A stretch of DNA of 64,000 nt from a virus. Its lineage: Duplodnaviria > Caudoviricetes. Shown one piece after another: positions 27,009 to 37,752 of this stretch (its first letter is position 1; each line of letters begins with the position of its first letter). The notes under the pieces were generated by a model. It worked only from the letters and a program-made list of their open reading frames with translations. It did not search any database and had not been told where the DNA came from. A program made the position numbers and the translations under genes. The DNA lies in the IMG/VR virus record IMGVR_UViG_3300027804_002812, positions 262,292-326,291 of that record. One strand, 5' to 3'.

Positions 27009-27870
27009 ATTTTGTATTGTTTAATGTTTCTATAAATGATTCTACTTTTGTCTGTGCTTTCCTAATATACGACAAATCTCCTCCTTCATCAAGTTTAGAC
27101 AAGTGTAGCTCGAACTTTGTAAAATCAAGCTTACTGATTGTATTAACAAACGAGTTGACAAAATCTCTACTCAGTTTAGATTCCCTCGTCTTAATAAAGT
27201 GATACCTAAAGGTTGTGAAAATTTGAAATAACTTTTCAAGTTCCCATTCACTAGCAATTAAATGACTCTCATGGGCATACTTATCTTTCACATCATATAA
27301 TTTGATACTTTCATTCAACCCTCCTTGAGCAAACTCAAGGTAAAAAGCAACTTTCCTGTAGTTCTCATTCTTAGTTTCCGTTTTATCAATCAGGTATGCA
27401 AGAAATCCGTCTCGAGTGTAGTTCTTAAAAATTGATTCGTTGTTTTTAGTTGTAGTGCACCATTTTGTGTTTGCTCCATACTTCATGGAACCTTTATGGG
27501 TTTTAGGTTGAAGTAAAATGAACTCTTCCGTCTCGAGGAGAACATTGATATGGTCTTCTTTTACGAAATATTTTTCTTCTTTTATTTGTTCCGCAATTTC
27601 AATAACATCTTTTAACTTTTGATAATTTCCATATTCTTTGGAATAAATGTCTTTGTTGTTGATGTATGGAAGCATCTCATTAAACTTAATGACATCTTTA
27701 ATGATTCCACCAGTAGTTCTGTAAGATCCTCCAAGTTTTCTATCCTCCCAAGTCTTCAACATGAAGTCCAAATACTTTTTTGTGGGTGTAGTATCCCCTT
27801 CAACAAATTTGGTGAAACTTGCCGTGGAAACCTCAGGATATTTCTTTTTCAAATCATCTACCTTTGACAT
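26989..27870 (-). CDS. Phage 'WC(T/I)' domain protein, paralogous to the N-part of 7460-8800
   Basis: PKTHKGSMKYGANTKWCTT...FKNY...LAYLIDK. Confidence 0.7.
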   Translation of the reverse strand: MSKVDDLKKKYPEVSTASFTKFVEGDTTPTKKYLDFMLKTWEDRKLGGSYRTTGGIIKDVIKFNEMLPYINNKDIYSKEYGNYQKLKDVIEIAEQIKEEKYFVKEDHINVLLETEEFILLQPKTHKGSMKYGANTKWCTTTKNNESIFKNYTRDGFLAYLIDKTETKNENYRKVAFYLEFAQGGLNESIKLYDVKDKYAHESHLIASEWELEKLFQIFTTFRYHFIKTRESKLSRDFVNSFVNTISKLDFTKFELHLSKLDEGGDLSYIRKAQTKVESFIETLNNTKYGFRKT

Positions 27871-27898
27871 ATCAATTCTATAATTTTAATGTTAAACA

Positions 27899-27929
27899 CA
27901 ATAATACGAATAATTTTTTACTTATCAAA
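27899..27929 (-). promoter_or_regulatory. Bacteroidota-type promoter variant
   Basis: - strand TTTG, 19 nt spacer, TATTATTG (one mismatch). Confidence 0.5.
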
Positions 27930-27953
27930 AAAATAACCACCCTTCGGTGGTCA
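27926..27953 (-). terminator. Rho-independent terminator
   Basis: - strand ACCACC-GAAG-GGTGGT followed by TATTTTTTTT. Confidence 0.75.
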
Positions 27954-28796
27954 TTTCTTTAGATACTTTTTCATATCCATTCCCATAATAATATCGATTA
28001 CTTCTTGAGGAACTTTATATTCATCATAAACTGAATCTTCTTTCAAGTGAGAGATGACACATCCATATAACTTCAGATTCTCGTATTTGGTTCCCTGTAA
28101 CATTTTAACAAGTAACTTCCCATAGAATGGTAATTGAAGGTAATAGTGCCCCAACGCTGTATTCGGATACTTTTGAAATGGTTCGTACATTCTATCAGTA
28201 TAACCCGTTTCAACAAAGTTTTTTGGTTTGTTTGTTTTCCAATCCGTAATCACCAATCCAAACTCCGTATTCTGTCTGTTTGGAATAATCCAAACTTTAT
28301 CTGGTTGTCCAACATATCCCAACTCAGGGTCACCCAAAACCATTTCGGTGTCAAGAAGAACTGCTCCCCTCTCTTCCATCAGTTTGATATATTGTTCACC
28401 CGCCCTAATCATCGCATCTCCTTTGATAAGTTGGGATGGGTCACAAGTGAAAATGGGTTGTCTGACTTCCTTATAGTTTCCGTTTCTCTCGATGGTTTTT
28501 TTCTCCAACACAAAGTGAACACGAGACCCCATATTTGTGGAATATTCTCCAGCTGCAGCCCACACCTCTTTCAGTTTCTCAGCTTCTTCAGGGTCGCCAC
28601 CAGCCTTCTTCAAAGCCGCTTCATCTATAGGAAACTCCCGATAGAACTTCTTAAGTATTTTGGATACTGAAGGGTAGTCTTGTCTACCACCCATAGTGTA
28701 AATGTGATTGTCTTCTTCAAAGACCAATCCCAAACTTTTTTGTCTCTCAGAGATAATTTCACGTATCTCTGATACGACCGATTTCAAATCTATCAT
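27951..28796 (-). CDS. PD-(D/E)XK exonuclease (Cas4/RecB-like phage exonuclease)
   Basis: GSRVH, TEMVL, GQPDKV, DWKTNK, YYLQLPFY motifs. Confidence 0.85.
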   Translation of the reverse strand: MIDLKSVVSEIREIISERQKSLGLVFEEDNHIYTMGGRQDYPSVSKILKKFYREFPIDEAALKKAGGDPEEAEKLKEVWAAAGEYSTNMGSRVHFVLEKKTIERNGNYKEVRQPIFTCDPSQLIKGDAMIRAGEQYIKLMEERGAVLLDTEMVLGDPELGYVGQPDKVWIIPNRQNTEFGLVITDWKTNKPKNFVETGYTDRMYEPFQKYPNTALGHYYLQLPFYGKLLVKMLQGTKYENLKLYGCVISHLKEDSVYDEYKVPQEVIDIIMGMDMKKYLKK

Positions 28797-28797
28797 T

Positions 28798-29712
28798 CTA
28801 TCTTATTTCGTAATAATACTCATCAATTTGTCCCCGTAGGTCACAAACGTCTTTATCGACTGGCAATTTAACTATTTTAATTTTATTGTACAACCTCCCC
28901 CCATTTAGTTCATGATACACTCGTAGTCCATCTTCAAACGCATCTCCATCACAACAGATGATGACTTGAGCGTTCGCCTTGGTATATAAAGTTTCAAATA
29001 ACAACTTACTCATCTTTTTCCCCAACATCACAATAGAGTTGGATAGGAAGAAGGAGTCGAATGCCCCTTCACACAAATATATATCTTTATCCCAGTCAAT
29101 CAAACTCTCATTGAAAATTATCTCATCTTTGGGAACTGAGGGGTTCTTATACTTCATCTTCTTGGGTACCCAAGATCTTGCGACAAAATAGTTCAACACA
29201 TTCTCTTTATTAAATGAAGGTACAATAATTCTATAGGCAAAGTCACCACTTACGGTATAACCTATCTTGAACCTCTCAATCATCTCATCAGTGATACCTC
29301 TTGATTGGAGGTATCTGTATGCTTCCATGTGTGGAATAAATCTTGGGTTGGAATCTTGAAATGTGGTATAACCTTCAGGTAGTCTAAGTTTGGGTCGTTT
29401 GACATCCTCTTGTTTGAGCTCCTCTGGTTTGATTAAGTTGTATACTTTCTTTTGACCTTTGGTCGCATACTGGTCAAATAGTTTCCCCAACGGTCCGTGA
29501 GTTCCGTGGGTCTCACCACAAGACCAACACTTATAAACGTGTTTACCATAGTTGATTTCCAAGTTACCCTTACCATCACCACCATCCAAACCTTTTTCTT
29601 CAGCGCAGACAGGACAGTCAAAAGATATTTGACCTTTTGATTCGTAGTGTTGGTGGAAGTCACCAAGAAACTCCGTGAGTAATTCTACTAATACGTCAAC
29701 CTCGTCTGTCAT
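28798..29712 (-). CDS. DNA primase (zinc finger plus TOPRIM)
   Basis: CPVC...CWSC, YL.SRGI, RIIVP, CEGAFD, CCDGD, DVCD. Confidence 0.9.
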   Translation of the reverse strand: MTDEVDVLVELLTEFLGDFHQHYESKGQISFDCPVCAEEKGLDGGDGKGNLEINYGKHVYKCWSCGETHGTHGPLGKLFDQYATKGQKKVYNLIKPEELKQEDVKRPKLRLPEGYTTFQDSNPRFIPHMEAYRYLQSRGITDEMIERFKIGYTVSGDFAYRIIVPSFNKENVLNYFVARSWVPKKMKYKNPSVPKDEIIFNESLIDWDKDIYLCEGAFDSFFLSNSIVMLGKKMSKLLFETLYTKANAQVIICCDGDAFEDGLRVYHELNGGRLYNKIKIVKLPVDKDVCDLRGQIDEYYYEIR

Positions 29713-29729
29713 TCTACAAGTATAATCAA

Positions 29730-29897
29730 TTATTCCTCATTATCATCAGGATAGGGATTCAATCCAACAATGTTTTTTCTCCACCACTTCATAACAGGGT
29801 GAGTTTCATCAAGATACTTCTCAATAAAATAATAAGCAATCGCGAATACGGTTGTTATAGTCAAACAACCGAAATAGAATAAAATTAACCAATCCAT
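29730..29897 (-). CDS. Small 55-aa membrane protein
   Basis: Below cutoff: MDWLILFYFGCLTITTVFAIAYYFIEKYLDETHPVMKWWRKNIVGLNPYPDDNEE*. Confidence 0.6.
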   Translation of the reverse strand: MDWLILFYFGCLTITTVFAIAYYFIEKYLDETHPVMKWWRKNIVGLNPYPDDNEE

Positions 29898-30250
29898 TTT
29901 ATGGTTTTTATATCTGCGGCGTAGTTCAATCGAACACTAAAAATCGACAGGTGTGGACGTAGGTGATTGATAAAGAATTTTCGTAAAACTCTATTGAGTT
30001 TCAACTTGGAAATACGTTTGAAATCTTTTGTGTATAGTTGGTGGTCGAACCATACGTAAGATCCTCCGCATTTAACATGAATTTTACCCACGAAAGTAAC
30101 ATCAACTTCTTCTTGGAAGTCATACTGACGATAGTGAGTAATCTGAATGGTCCCTTCGATATTATCATCCTTGATATTCAAAGTGCCGTACTTTTTGACT
30201 ACTCGTCTGAGTGCTTTTGCCTCGGGGGTTTTTATCACGTATCCTTTCAT
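29885..30250 (-). CDS. Basic hypothetical protein
   Basis: 121 aa; preceded by a host-type promoter. Confidence 0.65.
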   Translation of the reverse strand: MKGYVIKTPEAKALRRVVKKYGTLNIKDDNIEGTIQITHYRQYDFQEEVDVTFVGKIHVKCGGSYVWFDHQLYTKDFKRISKLKLNRVLRKFFINHLRPHLSIFSVRLNYAADIKTIKWIG

Positions 30251-30254
30251 AAAG

Positions 30255-30286
30255 CTAAGATACTATAAAAAAATTAACCTACCAAA
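30255..30286 (-). promoter_or_regulatory. Bacteroidota-type promoter variant
   Basis: - strand TTTG, 20 nt spacer, TATCTTAG (one mismatch), 4 nt before ATG 30250. Confidence 0.55.
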
Positions 30287-30881
30287 TTTCTTTCATCTTC
30301 ATATAACCAAGTGCAGCGCAATATGCATCCGTTTGGTCATAGTTTTCTTTTTTAAGAGTATTGTTCTTTGTGTATTGCCAAGTAATTTGTGGTTCTCTCT
30401 TTGCAACTAACTCCCATATAACCACTTTCTTATCAATATCCTTTGACATCCCACCAAACAAAACATATTTATCTTTGTCATTGGGTTGAACTAAATGAGG
30501 GAACGCAAATTTTCGTGAGTTGTACGTTGAAATAAATTCAGGAACCACTCCCAATACGTCATATACTTCTTTACAAATTAATGTATTGAATCTCATCAAA
30601 GTACTGACAGTGTAAACGTTATTGGAGTTCAATAAAGGTTCTTCAATGACAACATACTGAATACCAAGTTCTTTGTAGGATAATAATTTTTCTCTGAAGA
30701 TTTGTGCTTTGAGTAGTAATTCTTCAATTTTATTTTCTACCTTTGGTTTTGGAACTGGAGAGATGTGAGTTAATTCTAATAAATTTCCAGTACCGATGTC
30801 GAATAAAGACCAACCTATCGTTTTGGTCGACACATCAAGCCCAAGTACTTTGGGCGAATCTTTCCTAATGTTTTTTGACAT
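30279..30881 (-). CDS. RuvC-like Holliday junction resolvase
   Basis: VLGLDVST, VIEEP and YDQTDA catalytic acidic motifs. Confidence 0.8.
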   Translation of the reverse strand: MSKNIRKDSPKVLGLDVSTKTIGWSLFDIGTGNLLELTHISPVPKPKVENKIEELLLKAQIFREKLLSYKELGIQYVVIEEPLLNSNNVYTVSTLMRFNTLICKEVYDVLGVVPEFISTYNSRKFAFPHLVQPNDKDKYVLFGGMSKDIDKKVVIWELVAKREPQITWQYTKNNTLKKENYDQTDAYCAALGYMKMKEIW

Positions 30882-30883
30882 AA

Positions 30884-33070
30884 TTAAAAATCTAGCTTTA
30901 CTACAAATTGTTGAATACCCTGTCTTAATTCAGGGGATTGTAGCTTAGATATAACAATAAGATCATTATTTTGATCGTAAAGCCCTATTTCAGTAATATA
31001 TGATTTTGTTCCTTGTGTCCACGTAGGGTTAGACGTATTTGTAAACTGATTTCTATTCAAGTTCACCAAATATTTCATCTCATAAATCGTTGCCGAGATG
31101 TCAGTTTCAAAATTCCCATAAAAATAATACTCATCACCAAAGTTTAACACATCCGTTTGTCCATTCAATGGAATGTCCAAATAATTCTGCAGTTGGTATG
31201 CCGCGGCGTTGTTGTAATCGTCAGGTCCTATTTGGAATGTTGTCCCTGTCAATGATGTTTGAGTTATGTATCCATTTGATAATGTCATTGCGGAGGTTAC
31301 ATCTATCTGTCTCCAAGCCGTTGGTGAAGGTCTTGTATCTCCCGTAACCATTTGACAAATGATTTTCATGGATGTTGCGGTATATCCTGTAAACTCATTA
31401 ACTCCCAAGAATCCAAACTCTCCTCCGAATCTTACTGCAACGTTTTGAGTGTTTGCCGTAACCGAACTTGTTGGTTGCACCACGGAATAATAATTACAGT
31501 GAAGGGAACTTGTAACACCTGTTTGTGATTCAAATAAATAACTCACCCAAAATCTCTGATCCGGATTTGTCATGAGTCCGTTAGAATTGTTTCCTGTATC
31601 ACAAATGTTTGGAGTTAATAAACTCAACTTTGGCGCAGGTAATGTAAAGTTCCTGTTTGATTTGTATGATAAAGCAGCAATTACTTCTTCATCATCAACC
31701 ACAATAATTTCTTGGTCAGGGAATACTTTACCGATTCTATTCAAATTACCATTACTATCCGCATTAGTATCCCACAAATGATAGTATCTTATACCAGGGT
31801 CATTCATGTCAATGTTTTTTGTTGACTTAATGTAATATGGTATACATAAATTGTATCCTGGAGGGTCAATATAAAAATTTTGCCCGATTGTGGTCCCTGT
31901 TGATTTATGCCACATCAATGTTGGCATACTCAATTTGAAATGTCTTGCCAATCCAATATCATCAGTCGGATTCTGTGGGTCAAATGGTTGTGTCGAAAAC
32001 TTCTCCCCATAGATATGATCTATATCTTGGTTGGTGTAATGAATAATTGCAATGGCTTTTTGGTCCTGAGGTCTTACAACAATTTTCTCATCGAAGGAAT
32101 TATAATAAAATACTTGACTCGTATCAGTTTGTCCTGATGGTTCGTTGTATCCCAAATATTCTTTAGTACCTATGTATGATACTGACCCAAACTTAGTATA
32201 GTCTTCGTATGTACTACTGAATAATCCAGCCGGACTCTCAGTCCAAGGAATGTTCATGTTCCAAATAAGAGTATTCTCTCGATTACTTACGTCACAAGGA
32301 GATTCAAAGTTGAGAGTATCTGTTTGCCAATAAGGTGCTGGCGTTACAAAGTCATATAACTCTGTCATCCCTGACGGATAAACGTATAATCTAGCAAAGT
32401 TTGTTTGGTCTGGTAGATTATCAAACGTTGGTAAGGATCTGTCTAAAGTTAATGTAAATGTACTTCCTGTCGTTCCTGTAACAGGACTCATGTTTTGAAT
32501 TTTATATGTTAAAATTTGGTTTGTAGTAAAATCGCCACATCCACCATTTCCATCATATACAATCGTAACAAAATCATTAATAGACGGAGTACCTGATGTC
32601 AAACAACTTGTTGGTGAACTATCAAATTCGATTTGCATGGAAGTTTGTCCTGACAACGTTGACATATCAACCCAATAACTTGTGGTCATTGTATATGCCG
32701 TACTTGTCTGTATTTGAGTAACTCCAGTTGTGAAAAATCCTTTTACTCCCGCAGAATTATAGACCTGTTGGAAGTTACTATCCATAAAAGGTATTCCATA
32801 AGTGTTACCTGTTGAACCTTGTACATAGTATGGATATTTTATATTTTGTTTGTTCGACTGTGGTGACCCTGTATCATTTTGTGCGTTAAACGCTGGCATC
32901 AAAATATTATTATTGGTCTGATTATAGTTCGGTACTGCAGTATAACTCACCTCACTATCTCCAATTTGGAAATAGGAAATATTGAAGTTACCTTGAGAAA
33001 GGTTTCTACGTCCAACATCTGTAAGTCGGGTGTTAATAAGTCCTGCAGTATTTTTAATAATATAAGCCAT
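30884..33070 (-). CDS. Virion structural protein (baseplate/tail-fibre attachment type)
   Basis: N-terminal LTDVGRRNLSQG..NISYFQIGDSEV and C-terminal YITEIGLYD.NNDLI.ISKL..P.....VVKLDF, patterns typical of tail-collar/fibre attachment proteins; TATTTATA 4 nt before ATG. Confidence 0.65.
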   Translation of the reverse strand: MAYIIKNTAGLINTRLTDVGRRNLSQGNFNISYFQIGDSEVSYTAVPNYNQTNNNILMPAFNAQNDTGSPQSNKQNIKYPYYVQGSTGNTYGIPFMDSNFQQVYNSAGVKGFFTTGVTQIQTSTAYTMTTSYWVDMSTLSGQTSMQIEFDSSPTSCLTSGTPSINDFVTIVYDGNGGCGDFTTNQILTYKIQNMSPVTGTTGSTFTLTLDRSLPTFDNLPDQTNFARLYVYPSGMTELYDFVTPAPYWQTDTLNFESPCDVSNRENTLIWNMNIPWTESPAGLFSSTYEDYTKFGSVSYIGTKEYLGYNEPSGQTDTSQVFYYNSFDEKIVVRPQDQKAIAIIHYTNQDIDHIYGEKFSTQPFDPQNPTDDIGLARHFKLSMPTLMWHKSTGTTIGQNFYIDPPGYNLCIPYYIKSTKNIDMNDPGIRYYHLWDTNADSNGNLNRIGKVFPDQEIIVVDDEEVIAALSYKSNRNFTLPAPKLSLLTPNICDTGNNSNGLMTNPDQRFWVSYLFESQTGVTSSLHCNYYSVVQPTSSVTANTQNVAVRFGGEFGFLGVNEFTGYTATSMKIICQMVTGDTRPSPTAWRQIDVTSAMTLSNGYITQTSLTGTTFQIGPDDYNNAAAYQLQNYLDIPLNGQTDVLNFGDEYYFYGNFETDISATIYEMKYLVNLNRNQFTNTSNPTWTQGTKSYITEIGLYDQNNDLIVISKLQSPELRQGIQQFVVKLDF

Positions 33071-33096
33071 TGTCTATAAATAGTTGTTCTGTTTTT

Positions 33097-35586
33097 TTAT
33101 GATATCGGTCCGAAGTCGCAATTTACTACAACAGTTATACAAGTAACGTTGGTTGGATTATTCGTATCTCTTAAACCAAAATAAACCGTTCCATTTGGTA
33201 CGTAAAGATAATCTGTTGTATTTCCTTGTAGCGAGTTGAATACCCCGTTCAACGCATCATTACAAGTTGTGTAATATGTGTCTGTCATGTCGTACTGACC
33301 AGATCCGCCAGCAATACCTGTGATGAACACAGAATTAATTCCTCCAAATCCACAAAGTACATTAGATGTTGCGACCAATGGTTTAGACGGGATATTACCT
33401 GTTGAACTAAAGTTCACACTGTTACTATTAATTGTATTTGAAGTTGTGTCAGAAATCACCGTACAACATCTACATCCATTAATACTTGATTGAGTGAACT
33501 GAGCACTAATTTGTTGTTGAAGATTGGTTATGCAGTTGCTTTGAGTGTTAGTTTGTCCACTTGTAATAGACAATACAGAAGTACTGGTGATTAAGACAGG
33601 AGAGTTTATCCCAATCTGTAATTGGTATGTATCCGCATCAGTAACCGCAGTAAATGTTTCAGGGCTACAATTTGGTCTGCTACCAGTCTGAACTACTGTC
33701 TGAGTTGTTGTTGGAGTTTTAGTAACTCCATTCTCAGTGATGGTGAACGTATCATTGATTAATCCAGTACCAGGCCCGTTATAAGTTTTTATGGATGATA
33801 GGGTCAAATTGAATGGTATGGTAACTCCAGGTGGTAATGGTGGAGTACTTACAACTTGATAATATGTTGTATTAGAATTGTAATTACTCAAATTAATAGT
33901 TTGAGTTGCTAACGTATTAGCACTCAAGGACAATTGATAAGTCACCGGTTGTTGTGTAAACCCAACTGTAATACTTTCTATTTCAGTATTACCCGCAGAA
34001 TCTCTTACCGTTATTGTATATGTTCCAGCACACAAGTCTTCAAAAACATTTGTCGACTGATATGTAGATCCTCCATTAATAGAGAATAGATATGGAGGAT
34101 ATCCATATTGAGCGTTGACCGTTATATCACCATCACAATTCACAACACTATCACATGAGTTATTGTTTACAGACAAGGCTACTTGCATTGGTATCACCGA
34201 AGGACAAACACCTTGAGTCATAGTTACACTATATGTATTAACTCCACCAGCAATTACCCATCCTGAAAGTGGAACTGAAGATGAAGATGTACTAATGAAT
34301 ATACCTCCACCTACAGGGTTGAATGGTATTGTCGGATTAGATCCGGTTACTTCCCATCTAGTTAATGTGGAGTTCCAAACAATATTGTATTGGCCATTAT
34401 CAGTTGTCCAAGTTGTTCGACCATTTCTCATTCCATTGCAGTTAAATTGTAACGGACCATAAGCGGTTGAAGTACTTAAAGCAATTAAACACAATTGAGG
34501 ACAAACTCCTGATGGAGTAACTGTTGGTGTTGCAGTTGGACTCGGAGTAATAGTTGCAGTTGGAGGAAACAAACTACAAACAGTATTTGCGGTATAATCT
34601 CCATAATAATCGACAACAGTTACTTGATAATTTCCTTGTGGTATGCCAACCAAAGTTTGTGTTCTTTGTCCTCCATCCCAATAAATAGAATAAGGACTTG
34701 TACCTCCAGTGATTTTCAAAGATAAAATTCCATCCAAAGAACTTGAAGAACTTGGCATTGATATAGGAAAACAAGTTACACCCATATCAAAAAGAGTGAA
34801 TACTTCACAATCATTCTTTAATCTCACCACCGCTTCATTTGTTGGTGTCTGAGTTGGAGTTTTAGTTACAGATGGAGTTAATGAACTTGTCGGAGTTATG
34901 GTTGGAGTTGCAGTATTAGTTGGCGTTAAAGTCGGAGTTTGTGTAGGTGTTGGAGTTGGACAAGTGACTGAAGCAGTTATATTTAATTTTACAACACCAT
35001 TCGATGGCTTAGTATAATCCATTGTTATGGATAGTCCACTCTGAGTTCCTTGTTGGAAGTTACCACAACAGTCGGTATAAAAATAACTCGAACCTGGATT
35101 GACTAATGTGTATGCCTGTCCACATAAAATTGGCGTTGGTGATGGTGTCGCATTTGGAGTCCTTGTTTGGGTTGGTGTTACCGTTGGAGAAGAGGTAATC
35201 GTTGGAGTTGGTCTTGGAGTCCTTGTTGGTGTTACACTAGGTGTTTGAGTTGGAGTGTTAGATGGAGTATTAGTTGGTGTTGAGGTTTGACTTGGTGTGA
35301 CAGAAGGATAACAACTCGAATCATCCGTACATTCATTACCAGTGTCTGTGACGGTGATACCGTCAATTACTTCAATTTCCCCAAAGAAACCATATTTGAA
35401 AGTTGGAGTGTTAGATAAAAATGAACAAATATAAAATGCAAATCCTCCCGAAATATTTACAGTCGGAATAGTTGCAGTGTTCGTATTTTGAGTCGCCCCA
35501 TTACAGTCGGTATAGACAACATACAATTGTTGACCTCCACTGGTGGACAATTCAAATGGGACTTCAATGTAAAAACAAGTACACAT
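33097..35586 (-). CDS. Fibre-like protein: Cys modules, Thr-Pro linkers and two SprB-type repeats
   Basis: GGTSPYSIYWDGG..TQTLVGIPQGNYQVTVVD and GYPPYLFSINGG..YQ..NVFEDLCAGTYTITVRD; (TP)n tracts. Confidence 0.7.
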   Translation of the reverse strand: MCTCFYIEVPFELSTSGGQQLYVVYTDCNGATQNTNTATIPTVNISGGFAFYICSFLSNTPTFKYGFFGEIEVIDGITVTDTGNECTDDSSCYPSVTPSQTSTPTNTPSNTPTQTPSVTPTRTPRPTPTITSSPTVTPTQTRTPNATPSPTPILCGQAYTLVNPGSSYFYTDCCGNFQQGTQSGLSITMDYTKPSNGVVKLNITASVTCPTPTPTQTPTLTPTNTATPTITPTSSLTPSVTKTPTQTPTNEAVVRLKNDCEVFTLFDMGVTCFPISMPSSSSSLDGILSLKITGGTSPYSIYWDGGQRTQTLVGIPQGNYQVTVVDYYGDYTANTVCSLFPPTATITPSPTATPTVTPSGVCPQLCLIALSTSTAYGPLQFNCNGMRNGRTTWTTDNGQYNIVWNSTLTRWEVTGSNPTIPFNPVGGGIFISTSSSSVPLSGWVIAGGVNTYSVTMTQGVCPSVIPMQVALSVNNNSCDSVVNCDGDITVNAQYGYPPYLFSINGGSTYQSTNVFEDLCAGTYTITVRDSAGNTEIESITVGFTQQPVTYQLSLSANTLATQTINLSNYNSNTTYYQVVSTPPLPPGVTIPFNLTLSSIKTYNGPGTGLINDTFTITENGVTKTPTTTQTVVQTGSRPNCSPETFTAVTDADTYQLQIGINSPVLITSTSVLSITSGQTNTQSNCITNLQQQISAQFTQSSINGCRCCTVISDTTSNTINSNSVNFSSTGNIPSKPLVATSNVLCGFGGINSVFITGIAGGSGQYDMTDTYYTTCNDALNGVFNSLQGNTTDYLYVPNGTVYFGLRDTNNPTNVTCITVVVNCDFGPIS

Positions 35587-35649
35587 CTAGTAATTTATTA
35601 TATCTTATAATTATAAGAACTCACAATATTTTGTATACATTTGTGAAGT

Positions 35650-36297
35650 TTATGGACACGCAACAAAACTTGTTATAGTCCCGCTAGTATCCACTTGTAC
35701 AGCATAATTATTTCCTCCGAAAGTGAATTTTGTGAATCTATTGTTTCCGTTATATGGATTAAATAATGCCCCACCAAATGCCGTTTGATAAATTTTCACA
35801 CCAATTACAGGAATTGTATTCGCCTCATTGATGAAAGTATAATAATTAACCGAAGTAAATGTATCACTACAAGTGTTAGCAGAAGTCGGAAATGTATTCT
35901 GTCCGACCAAATGAAGTGAAAATACTGGTGTTACCGATGGAGTCGGAGTAAATGTTGGTGTAGTTGTTGGAGTTGATGTTTGTGTTGGACTTACTGTTGG
36001 AGTATTCGTTTGAGTTTGAGTTGTAGTTGGTGTTTGAGTTGGTGTTAGAGTCGGTGACGCGGTAATACTTGGTGTCGGAGTTGGTGTGATAAAAATAACC
36101 TCCCCATCAACACACCCATTGTTGTCCTCAATTTTTATTACAATGTTAGTCTCATCATAAGGTGGTGGGACTGTAAAAGTGTAAGGAAAAACCGAAACAG
36201 TTGCAACAGACACACAACTTCCACTCGAAGAATTACAATAGAAAATGTCGACTGGTGTATTTGCAGTTACTGAAGTTATTGTTACTTGTTGACTCAT
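35650..36297 (-). CDS. Two-domain virion-like protein with Thr-Pro linker
   Basis: Likely start MSQQVTI at 36297; N-domain paralogous to that of 36315-37739. Confidence 0.7.
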   Translation of the reverse strand: MSQQVTITSVTANTPVDIFYCNSSSGSCVSVATVSVFPYTFTVPPPYDETNIVIKIEDNNGCVDGEVIFITPTPTPSITASPTLTPTQTPTTTQTQTNTPTVSPTQTSTPTTTPTFTPTPSVTPVFSLHLVGQNTFPTSANTCSDTFTSVNYYTFINEANTIPVIGVKIYQTAFGGALFNPYNGNNRFTKFTFGGNNYAVQVDTSGTITSFVACP

Positions 36298-36314
36298 GTT
36301 AATATAATTAATAT

Positions 36315-37739
36315 TTAAGTTGAGGTTGGTGTTGGAGTATACGTCGGAGTTGTGGTTGGCGTTGGTGTCGGATAAGGACAATTTAATAATGTTCCGAATG
36401 GACTCAAGAATGCTATATCATTAACATTAACTCCATTATATTGTGAAAATTCTCCAAAAACAATGTGTACCCCATTATTCAATATAATACCGGTGTTAAA
36501 AGAATTTCCTGAATAAGCTAAACCAGTTCCATAATCAAACGTGTTATCAATGCTTCCATTTTGATTTAGTCGTACTAAACCATTAGCGGACACACCACTG
36601 TAAGTATCAAAGTCACCAATAACAAAATATTTGTTATTATATTTCAAAATAGTTGTCGAATATGTTAGTCCACTGAATCGATTAAATCCAGGTCCAGAAT
36701 TGAATGTCCCATCAATCGAACCGTCAGTATTTAATCTTACAATTTGTCGATTTGTTTGTCCACTATATTCAAAAAATGCCCCTACTGCAAGTATTTTACC
36801 CTCATCAAGTACACCTGAATAGACTGTTCCATTAAATCCAGTCCCACTACTAAATGTATTATCAACAGATCCATCATCATTCAATCTAACAATTCGAACA
36901 TGGGAGTTCCCATTTACAGTTGTAAAATCACCAAGGATTATTTTTTTCCCATCACTTTGTAAAATAATATCGAAAACCTGTCCATTCAATCCAAGTCCTG
37001 TATTGAATGAATTATCAACACTTCCATCACTGTTTAACCTGATTAAATTTGAATGTGGATTTCCATTATATTGTGTGTAATTCCCACCGACTAATATTTT
37101 ACCATTCGTTTGAACTTTAATAACCCAAACCGTATTATTAAATCCAGTACCGGCACTAAAAGTATTATCAATCGATCCATTAGTATTCAACCTGATAATC
37201 TTTCCGTTGGATGCTCCACTGTAAGAACTAAAAAATCCTCCGACCATTATTTTGCCGTCAGCCTGTAATTCTATGTCATACACTGCATCGTTAAATCCTG
37301 TACCTATATTAAATGTATTATCAATACTTACATCACTGTTAACCCTTACAATTCTATTGAAAGATTGTCCACTATAACTAGTGAAAAGTCCTCCAAAAAT
37401 AATTCTACCACTACTATCTTCAACCGCAGCTTCAGCTTGGTCGTTGAACCCTCCATTAAAACTATAACAATAGTTCCAAGGGGTTGAACTTGGAGTTGGT
37501 GTTGGTGTTACAGAATAATTTACCGAACTTGTTCCGGATATGATACAATTGTTTGCATCAATTGCCTTTATCATATAATTCGCAGATGTGTCGTAAGGTA
37601 CTGGTATATCAAACACATATGGAAATGATGAATCCGTAATTGTTGATATATAAAAACAACCAGATCCGTCGACTTGACAAACATAAATGTCATATGGGGT
37701 TTGTCCTGAAATATCGTTTATAGTTACTTGTACTGCCAT
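36315..37739 (-). CDS. Delta-60 repeat seven-bladed beta-propeller protein
   Basis: Seven units of the type LQ.DGKI.VGG.F..Y.G.....I.RLN.DGS.D.TF..G.GFN; (TP)n flanks. Confidence 0.85.
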   Translation of the reverse strand: MAVQVTINDISGQTPYDIYVCQVDGSGCFYISTITDSSFPYVFDIPVPYDTSANYMIKAIDANNCIISGTSSVNYSVTPTPTPSSTPWNYCYSFNGGFNDQAEAAVEDSSGRIIFGGLFTSYSGQSFNRIVRVNSDVSIDNTFNIGTGFNDAVYDIELQADGKIMVGGFFSSYSGASNGKIIRLNTNGSIDNTFSAGTGFNNTVWVIKVQTNGKILVGGNYTQYNGNPHSNLIRLNSDGSVDNSFNTGLGLNGQVFDIILQSDGKKIILGDFTTVNGNSHVRIVRLNDDGSVDNTFSSGTGFNGTVYSGVLDEGKILAVGAFFEYSGQTNRQIVRLNTDGSIDGTFNSGPGFNRFSGLTYSTTILKYNNKYFVIGDFDTYSGVSANGLVRLNQNGSIDNTFDYGTGLAYSGNSFNTGIILNNGVHIVFGEFSQYNGVNVNDIAFLSPFGTLLNCPYPTPTPTTTPTYTPTPTST

Positions 37740-37752
37740 ATTAATATTTTAT

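Noticed and set aside
33075-33082. T4-type late promoter TATAAATA on the + strand
   Set aside because: It points away from any + strand gene; at every gene start the sense-strand reading is TATTTAT.
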